The notes below the pieces were generated by a model that searched no databases, had not been told where the DNA came from, and was given only the letters and a program-made list of their open reading frames with translations. The position numbers and the translations under genes were made by a program. From a virus, in the IMG/VR virus record IMGVR_UViG_3300027736_000021: a DNA stretch of 64,000 nucleotides; one strand, given 5' to 3'. The number at the start of each line of letters is the position of its first letter. The stretch's first letter is position 1. Below, piece by piece: positions 48,558 through 57,944 of the stretch.

Positions 48558-48788
48558 GTGTGGAAAAAATTGAGTAAAGTAAATATATTAAAATGGGTCG
48601 CCACCTTTGTAACACTAGGTGGTGCATTAGCAACAGCATTAATGATTGACCCATTGAATATCTGGTTGTTGAATACTGGCGCCCTATTGTTTTTGATATG
48701 GGGTTTTCTGATTAAAGAAAAAGCCATGATTGCTGTAAACTTTGGCCTTCTGGCCATTTATGTGTTTGGTTTAATTTATAGGATATAA
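48558..48788 (+). CDS. Small three-TM membrane protein
   Basis: LKWVAT, three hydrophobic helices. Confidence 0.6.
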   Translation: MWKKLSKVNILKWVATFVTLGGALATALMIDPLNIWLLNTGALLFLIWGFLIKEKAMIAVNFGLLAIYVFGLIYRI

Positions 48789-48968
48789 AATGGAAATGAT
48801 TACCCGTAAGCAGTATGTTGCTGTCTTGGAAGATGCCAAGAAAAGAATTGAATCTAATTATAAACCACAAGAAGAAGGAACTGGTCATTTCAATACCGCA
48901 TCCTTTGTGGTGAAAGAATTAATCTTTGAAGTTAATCAAGGAAACCCACAAGAATTTGTATTATAAGT

Positions 48969-49376
48969 ATGGAAATTATCTTTGGAGGTATTTCCATGCC
49001 AGATGCAAAAGACTTTGATGGCTTTTATATATTGCCACATAGGGAAGATGACGGCTTAAGACTTTCTTATTTTGATTTCAATGATGATTTTGAAAAAGGA
49101 AAGAAGATTGACCATACCAGCCTTGGTGATATGTACCATGTGGTCTTTTTAACACAAGGCGAAGATGGTAATCCTGAGTTGGATGACCACTTTGAGGCAA
49201 TTTTTGCCGATCCTGAAGTGTATGTTAAGGGTTTACTTGGTGCAAATATCTACGGATGCATGGTACGAAAGACGGAAAACAGTTGGAAATGGGTTGAAGA
49301 ATACCTCAAAAGACTGCTCGGTCGTGTTATGATAAACAAAATGAAAAATTATGCAGGCTCTATTGCCAAAAATTAA
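48969..49376 (+). CDS. Acidic hypothetical protein
   Basis: ORF with GGAGG SD before internal Met. Confidence 0.55.
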   Translation: MEIIFGGISMPDAKDFDGFYILPHREDDGLRLSYFDFNDDFEKGKKIDHTSLGDMYHVVFLTQGEDGNPELDDHFEAIFADPEVYVKGLLGANIYGCMVRKTENSWKWVEEYLKRLLGRVMINKMKNYAGSIAKN

Positions 49377-49391
49377 GAAAGGGAAATAAAA

Positions 49392-50240
49392 ATGCCTAAT
49401 TGGTGTGCTAATAATGCTGAGTTTCACAATGATGATGTTGCCGAAGTTGCAAAACTAGAAGCACACTTGAAATTCCTTGATGAAAATAAGAGTAATAATA
49501 ACATTGAATCTGGTCTATTTGCCTTTTTTAGACCAAGACCAGCTGAAGAAGAAGAAAATTGGTATGATTGGAACATTTCTAATTGGGGTACCAAGTGGGA
49601 AGCAAGCATTTATTCGTGGGAAAAGGTCAATGACAATTGTATCACACTAAATTTTGATACAGCATGGGCACCGCCAACGATATTTTACGATTTCGTAGCA
49701 CAAAATACTGAATGGTATGTTACTGCTACCTATTGGGAACCTGGCATGGGCTTCGTTGGCAGTAATTGTGCAGGTCAAGATGACTGCTATGAGTATTCCA
49801 ATGCTGAAGATGTTGAAAATATACCTGAAGAATTGATTGATGAGTATAATTTGCGTGACCAATTTGAAGATGAAGAAGAAAGTGAAGAAGATGATATGGT
49901 TGAAGCGCTAGAAGAATTGAAAAAAGAGTTTGATACACTCATGGCACAAGACGAACCTGCAAAAAATGCGTTTGATGATGAAGTTGGTCGTGAATGGTTG
50001 AAAGGATTGTTGCGTGAACGAGTAGTTGGTGTTACTTTTATCAAAAAAGACGGCACGGAACGAGTGATGCAAGCTACTTTGAGTGAAGATTTCATTCCTG
50101 AAGCGACAAATTCTGAAAATTCTGCTACTACACGTAAAAAATCAGACGAAGCACTAGCAGTTTGGGATACAGAAGCACAAGCTTGGCGTAGTTTTCGCTG
50201 GGATTCTGTAAAACAGATTAATTTTTCGCTTGGAGAGTAA
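49392..50240 (+). CDS. DUF1281/YubB-like domain fused to WYL_2-like SH3 barrel
   Basis: MPNWC.N, WYDW..NWGTKW, FDTAWAPP, EPGMGFVG; C-terminal VTFIKKDGTERVM.ATL...WD.E..AWRSFR. Confidence 0.75.
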   Translation: MPNWCANNAEFHNDDVAEVAKLEAHLKFLDENKSNNNIESGLFAFFRPRPAEEEENWYDWNISNWGTKWEASIYSWEKVNDNCITLNFDTAWAPPTIFYDFVAQNTEWYVTATYWEPGMGFVGSNCAGQDDCYEYSNAEDVENIPEELIDEYNLRDQFEDEEESEEDDMVEALEELKKEFDTLMAQDEPAKNAFDDEVGREWLKGLLRERVVGVTFIKKDGTERVMQATLSEDFIPEATNSENSATTRKKSDEALAVWDTEAQAWRSFRWDSVKQINFSLGE

Positions 50241-50243
50241 AAA

Positions 50244-50510
50244 ATGGCAAAATATATTGTAGAATCTATTGGAATGTTCCGCCAAGTTCATGTTGTCGAA
50301 GCGGAAAATGAAGATACAGCCATGGAAATTGCTAGGACTGCTGATGACAATTGGCAACAGTATCTTGGTGAAATGAAAGTTGATATTTCCGAGTTTACAC
50401 CTGAAAGAATCAAGCATTTTCAGGAAAAAGAGTTTTTTTGGGAAGGAATTTCATTTAAAGACGAAAATGGTGTTGTTCGCTACAAGCATAAAAACGGACA
50501 AGTAGTATAA
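50244..50510 (+). CDS. Hypothetical protein
   Basis: GGAG SD; VEAENED.A motif. Confidence 0.6.
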   Translation: MAKYIVESIGMFRQVHVVEAENEDTAMEIARTADDNWQQYLGEMKVDISEFTPERIKHFQEKEFFWEGISFKDENGVVRYKHKNGQVV

Positions 50511-50515
50511 TAATC

Positions 50516-50589
50516 GCCCTTTTAGTTAAATGCTATAACACTTGATTTGTAATCATGGATTGGTGGTTGGATTCCATCAAGGGGCACCA
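50516..50589 (+). tRNA. tRNA-Thr(UGU) with non-canonical D and T loops
   Basis: Acceptor GCCCTTT/AAGGGGC, D-arm GTTA/TAAC, anticodon loop TT-TGT-AA, T-arm GGTGG/CCATC, encoded ACCA. Confidence 0.8.
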
Positions 50590-50819
50590 TTGTTGAGAAT
50601 GTGAGAGAAAGAGTAAGCAATCCTGACTGTTAAGGAAAACACTATCTTAGAAACCGCATCCGCAAAAAGGAGATTATCTAACAATGCAAAAGTTAGATTG
50701 AAAGCGCAAAGCTAAGAGAACAACTGACGATTGTGGTAACGCATAAAGATAGGCGCCTATACTTTTTGATAAATCCACCCACGAGTTCTTAAACACGAAA
50801 CAGTATTCTCAACAATGGT
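50586..50819 (+). ncRNA. Candidate structured ncRNA closed by a 15-bp perfect inverted repeat
   Basis: ACCATTGTTGAGAAT / ATTCTCAACAATGGT; inner stems CTATCTT/AAGATAG, TCTAAC/GTTAGA, TGTG-GTAA-CGCA; no ORF. Confidence 0.5.
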
Positions 50820-50820
50820 A

Positions 50821-50886
50821 ATCAATTTTTTCAATGATGATTATCAAAAAATATCATTAGACAAAACCTCATTATTGTGATATTCT
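50821..50886 (+). promoter_or_regulatory. OxyR-like four-tetramer box abutting a sigma70 promoter
   Basis: ATCA-N7-CAAT-N7-ATCA-N7-TCAT, then TAGACA-N17-TATTCT. Confidence 0.5.
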
Positions 50887-50931
50887 ATGACTAAGTATTA
50901 ATACTTAGATTTTAACTATTGGAAGGAAATT

Positions 50932-51381
50932 ATGTCTGTTACAATTAAAAACCTTGAAAGTGCATTGGCAGGCGAAAGTCAAGCACACATTAAGTACCGT
51001 TATTTCGCCAAGATTGCTCGTGAAGAAGGCTTTGAAGAAGTGGCAAAACACTTTGAACATACCGCTGACCAAGAATTACTTCATGCATGGGGACACCTAG
51101 AATTATTGATTGGTAAACCATCTACCAAAGAATGTTTACAGAAGGCCATTGATGGCGAGACCTATGAATTCACTACAATGTATCCGCAGTTTAAGAATCA
51201 GGCTTTTGGTGAAGGATTATCTTTTGCAAGTAAAGAGTTTGATGAACAGATTGAAGAATCTAAACAACACGCAGAAGAATTCAAACAAGTTCTACTCAAA
51301 GCAGAAAAACGATTTGCGGCCTTACAAAAAGTAGAAGAGCGCCATGCAAATGCTTATAAACAAGTTTTGGAGGCACTATAA
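50932..51381 (+). CDS. Rubrerythrin
   Basis: ALAGESQAH..Y, QELLHA, GETYE...MY, VEERHA. Confidence 0.93.
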   Translation: MSVTIKNLESALAGESQAHIKYRYFAKIAREEGFEEVAKHFEHTADQELLHAWGHLELLIGKPSTKECLQKAIDGETYEFTTMYPQFKNQAFGEGLSFASKEFDEQIEESKQHAEEFKQVLLKAEKRFAALQKVEERHANAYKQVLEAL

Positions 51382-51512
51382 TGAATAGCTATTATCGTTG
51401 TATCGTATGCGGTCACATTCTATCAGTAGAAGATTACAATTCATTACCTGATGATGTACCTTGCCCTGAGTGTGGCGTATCTAAATCGGATTACGAATTA
51501 GTTACCGAATAA
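51381..51512 (+). CDS. Rubredoxin-like protein, 43 aa (not in ORF track)
   Basis: CIVCGH...LPDD..CPECGVSKSDY; TAATG overlap. Confidence 0.85.
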   Translation: MNSYYRCIVCGHILSVEDYNSLPDDVPCPECGVSKSDYELVTE

Positions 51513-51539
51513 AAAAAGGCGGATTAACCGCCTTTTTTT
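51511..51539. terminator. Bidirectional rho-independent terminator
   Basis: AAAAAAAGGCGG-atta-a-CCGCCTTTTTTT between convergent genes. Confidence 0.9.
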
Positions 51540-51624
51540 ACATTTTAACTATAATTTCTAAAGCCATAAGAGTCAAACTACCAATCAAAACAATCGCAAA
51601 TATTAATTGCGGTAATTTATTCAT
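51538..51624 (-). CDS. 28-aa hydrophobic peptide
   Basis: GGAGGT SD; single TM. Confidence 0.5.
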   Translation of the reverse strand: MNKLPQLIFAIVLIGSLTLMALEIIVKM

Positions 51625-51644
51625 AATACCTCCATTTCAGTTTA

Positions 51645-51728
51645 TTATTTGAACACTCCTGATTCAATCACCATCAAAGAAAGACAAAATATAAGAACAA
51701 GCATGAAAACTATTGGTTGCATATTCAT
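51645..51728 (-). CDS. 27-aa hydrophobic peptide
   Basis: Starts immediately after upstream stop; single TM. Confidence 0.45.
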   Translation of the reverse strand: MNMQPIVFMLVLIFCLSLMVIESGVFK

Positions 51729-52172
51729 TTATAATTTATACAACTTAAAAAAGTATGTTACTAAAGCAGCTGCCGTCATACACCACCAGAAAACTTGAAC
51801 TTGTTTCTGCCTGTCTTTATCCATAAATTTTAATTCATCGGCTCTTTCTTTTTCCATTTTTGCTTTTGTGGCTTCAACTTCTGCCCAAGCAGCTTTACCA
51901 TATTTTTTAATAGCTTCTAGTTTTAACTGTTCAATTTTTAGTTGGTGAGCTTTTTCTTTTTGATATTTTTCGTAAGCCTTAAACTCAGCCAATGTGGCTA
52001 AGTATTCTTGTTCGGCTTTGGCCTTCATTCTGTTGATATGTTGTTGTTGAACCGCTTTTTCCATATCAGCCTGTTGGTCGGTAACCACAGAGCTTAATTG
52101 TTTGCTTGCTCCTTGAGCAGCTTTGAGAGTATTAACGGCACCTTGAGCGCCGGCAACGATAGGGTCAGCCAT
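51729..52172 (-). CDS. Coiled-coil protein with C-terminal TM
   Basis: 147 aa; late-type ACTAAATA on minus strand near 52264-52271. Confidence 0.7.
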   Translation of the reverse strand: MADPIVAGAQGAVNTLKAAQGASKQLSSVVTDQQADMEKAVQQQHINRMKAKAEQEYLATLAEFKAYEKYQKEKAHQLKIEQLKLEAIKKYGKAAWAEVEATKAKMEKERADELKFMDKDRQKQVQVFWWCMTAAALVTYFFKLYKL

Positions 52173-52277
52173 TTTTGGTTTCTTTTAGTTATATTAATGA
52201 AGATAATAAAGAATACCACAAGAGCTTGTGGAATATAGTGTAATGCCAAATCAATACTACTACTATTTAGTTAAAAA

Positions 52278-52347
52278 AAACAAGAGCTTAGCGGTGTTGC
52301 TTCCATGCAACAAAAGGGCTTGACTTTCGGTATGGTTCGTGTATAAT
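52278..52347 (+). promoter_or_regulatory. Early promoter cassette (IHF-like box, palindrome, sigma70)
   Basis: AAACAAGAGCTTA; TGTTG-N8-CAACA; TTGACT-N16-TATAAT. Confidence 0.85.
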
Positions 52348-52375
52348 GGTTATATTGACTAAGAAAGGCATTACT

Positions 52376-52783
52376 ATGGCATATATGAATCAACAAAAAA
52401 AGGCGATTATCGCTTCTAAATTGAAACCAGTATTAAAAAAGTATGGAGTTAAGGGTTCACTAAAAGTTAGCAACCATTCTACCATTGTTTTGAATGTAAA
52501 ATCTGGTAAAATTGATTTTATCAAAAATTACAATTCCACGGTCGGTAATCAACCTGGTGGTTTTCGTAACGGTTCGGCTGCCGAGAAAAGTATAAGTGTT
52601 AATCCCTACTGGTTTCAGGAACACTTTTCTGGACAGTCCAAAGAATTTTTGACTGAAGCCATGGCAGCATTAAAAGGTGCTGACTGGTACGATGAGTCGG
52701 ATGCTCAAGTTGATTATTTTAATACCGCTTACTATGTTGATATTAACATTGGTAAATGGAATAAACCTTATACTGTGGAGTAA
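52376..52783 (+). CDS. Conserved large-phage early protein
   Basis: MAYM.Q.KK, VNPYW, YDESDAQVDYF.TAYY, IGKWNKPY. Confidence 0.75.
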   Translation: MAYMNQQKKAIIASKLKPVLKKYGVKGSLKVSNHSTIVLNVKSGKIDFIKNYNSTVGNQPGGFRNGSAAEKSISVNPYWFQEHFSGQSKEFLTEAMAALKGADWYDESDAQVDYFNTAYYVDINIGKWNKPYTVE

Positions 52784-53039
52784 TTTTGAGAAAAAGAGAA
52801 ATTATGGATAAATTTAATTACGGAAAATATATTTCCTCTGGTGGTAAAACAAGGTATGGTAAAATCTATCCTTTACCACAAGAAAATATTAGAATTCAAT
52901 TAGGTCGTGCTGACATTCCAAAATTTGTATCAATGTTGCATGAAACCCAATTCAATCTAATTGAGGCTGCTGTTGAGAGCCGTGAAAAACAGGGATTTCC
53001 TGAAGCTAATGCTATTATCAAATATATTATGGAGAAAAA

Positions 53040-53252
53040 ATGATTGTTGATAAAATTGACCGCCCTTTGGTTATTGATTTAACTGGTCCCCAAGGTAATG
53101 CTTTTTATCTAATGGGTTTTGCTCAGAAAAATGCAAGAAAATTTGGGCTTGATAGCTCTGCGATTCTGGCAGAGATGAAGTCTGGTGATTATGAAAATCT
53201 GGTACAGGTTTTTGATAAGTATTTTGGTGAATATGTGATACTGGAAACATGA
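53040..53252 (+). CDS. Conserved small phage protein
   Basis: IDLTGPQGNAFYLMG...SGDYENL. Confidence 0.7.
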   Translation: MIVDKIDRPLVIDLTGPQGNAFYLMGFAQKNARKFGLDSSAILAEMKSGDYENLVQVFDKYFGEYVILET

Positions 53253-53560
53253 TGAGTGGAATTTATGTGATGGTAACCAAAGACGGTTATCGGGTTTCAG
53301 CCTCTGACCAATTTGTTTACCTCTTTGGCAGCTATAATGATGATAACATGAATTATAATCTGGAAACTGAGGTTTTACAGAAAATATTCGGCAATTGTGC
53401 CGTGTTGGAAACGGCAAAAGATGCGATTGAATCGGCTAAGTGTATAAGTAAGACATTAAATGAAACCGAAGATGGTATTATGTTCATTGATTCTTACGGT
53501 AAATACACATTTGAGGAACTATTAGATGGCAGGGCAAATAAGAAAGGCAGCAATAGTTAG
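53249..53560 (+). CDS. Hypothetical protein
   Basis: GIYV..TKDGYRV, ETEDGI. Confidence 0.6.
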   Translation: MMSGIYVMVTKDGYRVSASDQFVYLFGSYNDDNMNYNLETEVLQKIFGNCAVLETAKDAIESAKCISKTLNETEDGIMFIDSYGKYTFEELLDGRANKKGSNS

Positions 53561-54236
53561 TTCTATACTAGGAAATGCTACCGAACCAAATTATGTAAAA
53601 ATTGAATCTCAAAGCGATATTGCTTCTGTATTGAATTGGTATAACGCCAATAAAGATGCCAAAGCCTCAGCAAAATATATTGCCGAGTATGCTAAGAAGA
53701 ATAAGATTAAAGGCAAGCTTGATACAAGCAAGAGTTTTCAGGTAACTGGTTTTCTTTGCCGAGTTATTAGTAGAGGAACAATTGTTAGTGATGAGTTAGC
53801 TCAACAGACCAGAGAAAAGGTCATTGAGTTGATGTCAAAGGACGATAAGGATGAAGTCGAGGACGATTTAGATGTTTACATAGTATCCATTCAAGACCGC
53901 ATGAAAGAAAAAGTCTCCGAGATTGCAGGAGACCTTGAGGGTGCGATTGATGATTATATACTATCTAAGTTTGCCAAGATTCCATCTCCTTACGGTGTAA
54001 TGCATGGTCGTGTTAAAGGTAAACACGCAAAAATGTTGGTACCAATCTTTGAGAGAAGGCGAAATGAATTCCAAGAAGTTTTGGATACCGATGATAAAGA
54101 ATTAAAAGAAGGTTATTCTAATTTTTCAAGGGTAGAATTAAAAAAGTTGGTTTCATTCTGTAATCTAATTATTGAAGATGCGATGAAACTTGGTAATGAA
54201 GCAAAAGCGGTGAAAAAACCAAAAAGAAGGAAGTAA
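53526..54236 (+). CDS. Conserved T4-like hypothetical protein near rnh
   Basis: LNWYN, SIQDRM, LKEGYS motifs. Confidence 0.65.
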   Translation: MAGQIRKAAIVSSILGNATEPNYVKIESQSDIASVLNWYNANKDAKASAKYIAEYAKKNKIKGKLDTSKSFQVTGFLCRVISRGTIVSDELAQQTREKVIELMSKDDKDEVEDDLDVYIVSIQDRMKEKVSEIAGDLEGAIDDYILSKFAKIPSPYGVMHGRVKGKHAKMLVPIFERRRNEFQEVLDTDDKELKEGYSNFSRVELKKLVSFCNLIIEDAMKLGNEAKAVKKPKRRK

Positions 54237-54238
54237 TT

Positions 54239-54763
54239 ATGCCTTATGATTATGAACGATTTGAAGAATTATTAAAACACCATTTGGATGCGATGTACCA
54301 CGATTCTGATGAAGGATCGGAGATTGGTGAAAACATTTCAAGTGTTGAAGAAGTGAAAATTATCTTTGATGGTTATGGTGACCTTGAAACAGGCGAGGGT
54401 GCGCTTTACCAATATGTTGAAGGTGGTAATAAAAACATGGAATCATTTGCTGTCTTTATTCACAAAGATGCATTGACCGAAGGCTTTGTATTTCCCGAAC
54501 ACGAGTTCACACCATGGGCATTAATTCACCGACCAAAAGAAGAAGTCTGCATTTGGGTATGGCATGATTTAGAAAACGATGAATGGGAAATCCTAGATTT
54601 AGAAGAACGCTTAGAAGATACAGAATTAAATACTGAGCAAGTGATGACTATTATGGAAGAATTGCACAATAGATATTTTCAACATTGGGATAAACCTGTA
54701 TTTGAGGTTGATCCAACAACAGGTATGGCCGCATGGCCATTTCCAACGAAAGACAGTAAATGA
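54239..54763 (+). CDS. Highly acidic hypothetical protein
   Basis: Strong Asp/Glu excess. Confidence 0.6.
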   Translation: MPYDYERFEELLKHHLDAMYHDSDEGSEIGENISSVEEVKIIFDGYGDLETGEGALYQYVEGGNKNMESFAVFIHKDALTEGFVFPEHEFTPWALIHRPKEEVCIWVWHDLENDEWEILDLEERLEDTELNTEQVMTIMEELHNRYFQHWDKPVFEVDPTTGMAAWPFPTKDSK

Positions 54764-54927
54764 CCGAAGAACGGCAAAAAATAGCATGGGCAGTATTGCA
54801 AGGTGAATTGCCTGCCGAAGAATTAACCTATGCCGAGATTGAAGAAATAGAGGATTTAATCTTTGATGCCGTGGCAACTAAGCTAAGTTCGCCTCTTTTT
54901 AGTAACAAAATACATTAGAATGGTTAC

Positions 54928-55776
54928 ATGATATTATTTGACTTTAATCAGGTGGCAATTGCCAACTTGATGGAACAGATTGGTTCTTCTAAAACTCCCG
55001 TTGATGAGAGTTTGGTTCGCCACATGATTTTGAACACGATTCGTACCTATGTGAAGAAATTCAAAGAATCACATGGTCCCGAAGTTGTGATTGCTTGCGA
55101 CAATAAAAAGTATTGGCGCCGTGATGTGTTTCCAAACTACAAATCCAATCGTAAGAAAGCAAGACAATCTTCTGGTCACGATTGGAGTTCAATCTTTGAA
55201 GTATTGAATAAAATCCGTGATGAGTTAAAGAACCATTCACCATACAAAGTATTGGATGTTGATACTGCTGAAGCTGACGATGTGATTGCTGTGTTGGCAA
55301 CAAGATATGCAGCTTCACAAAAGGTAATGATTCTTTCCTCTGATAAAGACTTTGCACAATTGCAAAAGTTCCCTAATGTTGAGCAATACTCACCGATCCT
55401 AAAGAAGATGCTCAAAGAACCATTGCCTGCACTACAATTGAAACAGTTGATTATTCGTGGTGATAAAGGTGATGGCATTCCAAACATTCTAACCAAAGAT
55501 GATGTATTTGTTGAGGGCGGTAGGCAGAAACCTATTACTGAAGCGAAGATTATCAATTGGTTGAACCAAGACCCTAGTGAATTTTGTAATGATGAAATGC
55601 TACGGAACTTTAAGCGGAATGAAATGTTAATTGATTTAACACAGATTCCAGAAACTCTTAAACAAAGTATCATAGATACCTATGAAAATGCGAAAGGCCA
55701 TACTCGGCAAGAGTTTATGAATTACATGATTGCTAATCGTTTGAAAAATTTAATTGAGGTCATAGATGAGTTCTGA
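54928..55776 (+). CDS. rnh: T4-type RNase H (5'-3' flap exonuclease)
   Basis: DFNQ, YWRR..YK..RK, EADDVIA, SSDKDFAQL, GDKGDGIPN. Confidence 0.95.
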   Translation: MILFDFNQVAIANLMEQIGSSKTPVDESLVRHMILNTIRTYVKKFKESHGPEVVIACDNKKYWRRDVFPNYKSNRKKARQSSGHDWSSIFEVLNKIRDELKNHSPYKVLDVDTAEADDVIAVLATRYAASQKVMILSSDKDFAQLQKFPNVEQYSPILKKMLKEPLPALQLKQLIIRGDKGDGIPNILTKDDVFVEGGRQKPITEAKIINWLNQDPSEFCNDEMLRNFKRNEMLIDLTQIPETLKQSIIDTYENAKGHTRQEFMNYMIANRLKNLIEVIDEF

Positions 55777-56206
55777 GTTATTATATTCTGAGATAATGGA
55801 TAAGTTTGAAAAGGCACAAACTAAAGAAGAACGCCTTCAAATATTGCGTAGGAACGGGGACGAGAGGTTTAAGCAATTCTTAATTATGGCTTTTAATCCT
55901 CATGTTAAATTTGATGTTCAGATTCCAAACTATCGACCTGCGGTTGAACCTGCTGGGTTAAATTTTGTTTATTTGGATACTGAAATACCAAAAATGTATA
56001 GATTCATTGAGAACCATAAATTGCGACCAGCAGAATTAACGGGTAAAAAACAATCGTCTTTACTATTGGTCATTTTAGAATCACTACATAAAGATGAATC
56101 GTTTTTGTTGGTTAGGATGTTGAGAAAAGACCTTGCTATTAAATTTCTTACACCTAAATTAATTAAAGAAGCATTTCCTGATATTGATATTCCTATTAAG
56201 GACTGA
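55766..56206 (+). CDS. Conserved T4-like protein downstream of rnh
   Basis: LESLHKDE, LIKEAFP. Confidence 0.65.
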   Translation: MSSELLYSEIMDKFEKAQTKEERLQILRRNGDERFKQFLIMAFNPHVKFDVQIPNYRPAVEPAGLNFVYLDTEIPKMYRFIENHKLRPAELTGKKQSSLLLVILESLHKDESFLLVRMLRKDLAIKFLTPKLIKEAFPDIDIPIKD

Positions 56207-56208
56207 TT

Positions 56209-56985
56209 ATGAAAGTAGCAGTAGTTACGCCAACAATTGGCAATTCAAAATTAGCCGATTGCTTGGCTTCTGTTGATAAACAAACCTATAAAGATTTAAC
56301 ACATTACATTTTTATTGACGGCAATCAATATAAACCTGCCGTTGATACAATGCTTGAAGGTGCAACAAAGGTTAAAGTTGTTGAGCTAGAAGAAAATGTT
56401 GGAAAAGGATGGTATGGGCACCGAGTATTTGCTGCCTGTTCTTTTCTTGTTGACGCTGACATTATTTGTTATTTGGATGAAGATAATTGGTTTGAACCAT
56501 GCCATATAGAAAAATTGGTAAAGAAAATTGAGGAAGGTAATGATTGGGCATATTCTCTTAGAAAAATTTATGACAAAGATGGAAACTATATTTGCGATGA
56601 TAACTGCGAATCGCTGGGCAAATGGCCTGTTTACTTTAATGATAGCGTGTTTCATATTGACACCAGTTGTTTTGCTGTTAGGCGGGATATCGCTGTTCGT
56701 GTCGGTCATTCTTGGTACGGCCAATGGGGTGCCGACCGCCAGTTTTTTTCTGCGATAAGTAAGGCATTTCCAAAATTTGATTGTACCAATGCTCATACAG
56801 CGTGTTATCGTTTAGATGGCAATCCTAATTCGGTCAATAAAGACTTCTTTGGCCAAGGTAACGCTGCTAATGAGAAAAAATACCATGGTCAATTTCCATG
56901 GAAAATTGGTAAAAAATTGGTAACGATTGCAAAACAACCTACGCAAGAACTTGAAGTGGGACCAGGAATAAAGATTTTAGTATAA
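56209..56985 (+). CDS. Glycosyltransferase family 2
   Basis: VVTPT, SVDKQTY, YLDEDN (DxD), GADR. Confidence 0.85.
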   Translation: MKVAVVTPTIGNSKLADCLASVDKQTYKDLTHYIFIDGNQYKPAVDTMLEGATKVKVVELEENVGKGWYGHRVFAACSFLVDADIICYLDEDNWFEPCHIEKLVKKIEEGNDWAYSLRKIYDKDGNYICDDNCESLGKWPVYFNDSVFHIDTSCFAVRRDIAVRVGHSWYGQWGADRQFFSAISKAFPKFDCTNAHTACYRLDGNPNSVNKDFFGQGNAANEKKYHGQFPWKIGKKLVTIAKQPTQELEVGPGIKILV

Positions 56986-57944
56986 TGAAAACTGCGTTAG
57001 TTACTGGTAGCTCTGGCTATCTTGGTAGTCATTTGTGTAAATATCTCAAGCAATCTGGATGGAATGTCGTTGCGATTGATATTGTCAGGCCAAAGCATTC
57101 TTACTATGATGTTTTTCAATATATTGATGTTCGTAACCACGAAGTAATCAATTATCTATTTCTCAAAACTAAAATTGATGCTGTCTTTCACATGGCTGGT
57201 CGAATTGAGATTGGAGAATCAATAAAGAATCCAACCGAGTTTTGGGAAGTAAATACTGGCGGAACTTGCACTATACTCAATGCCATGAAAAAGCATGGAG
57301 TGAAATATTTTGTGTATTCTTCTACTGCTGGTGTTTACAAGCCAGACAGAATCAATAAGTTATTTGACATTCCAATTTCAGAGATGGATAATGTTACATT
57401 TGACCACAATCCATACTCAGCAAGTAAACTGGCTTCTGAAAATGCAATAAAACAATCTGGTATCAATTATATGATATTCCGATACTTCAATTTGGCAGGT
57501 GCCGATGAAGAATTGGATATTGGTGAAAACCATGAACCAGAAACACATCTAATTCCTAGAATTCTTCAGAATCTAAATAACTTTGAATTATATGGTGACG
57601 ATTATGACACCGAGGATGGCTCTTGTATCCGAGATTATGTTCATGTTACCGATGTTGCAAAGGCACACATTACGGGGTTAGAATACCTCATGGGTGGCGG
57701 GCAATCGGTATTAATGAATTTAGGAACAGGCAAAGGTCACTCTAACCTAGAAATTATTAACTTAATAAAAGACAAACTTAACCTACCTGTAAAGTATACC
57801 GTAGTATCTCGCCGCCAAGGTGACCCTAATTCTCTGGTTGCCGATATCAATCTTGCTCAAAAAGTATTGCAATTCAAGCCTCGGTATGATATAATGGATA
57901 TATTACAAACAGCATATGATTGGCATCTAAAAAATGACAAATAA
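56985..57944 (+). CDS. galE: UDP-glucose 4-epimerase
   Basis: TGSSGYLGSH, SSTAGVY, YSASK, RYFN.AGA, ETHLIP, DGSCIRDYVHV, RRQGDP. Confidence 0.92.
   Translation: MKTALVTGSSGYLGSHLCKYLKQSGWNVVAIDIVRPKHSYYDVFQYIDVRNHEVINYLFLKTKIDAVFHMAGRIEIGESIKNPTEFWEVNTGGTCTILNAMKKHGVKYFVYSSTAGVYKPDRINKLFDIPISEMDNVTFDHNPYSASKLASENAIKQSGINYMIFRYFNLAGADEELDIGENHEPETHLIPRILQNLNNFELYGDDYDTEDGSCIRDYVHVTDVAKAHITGLEYLMGGGQSVLMNLGTGKGHSNLEIINLIKDKLNLPVKYTVVSRRQGDPNSLVADINLAQKVLQFKPRYDIMDILQTAYDWHLKNDK

Noticed and set aside
50516-50589. tRNA pseudogene
   Set aside because: Loop deviations are mutually compensatory; stems and CCA are largely intact
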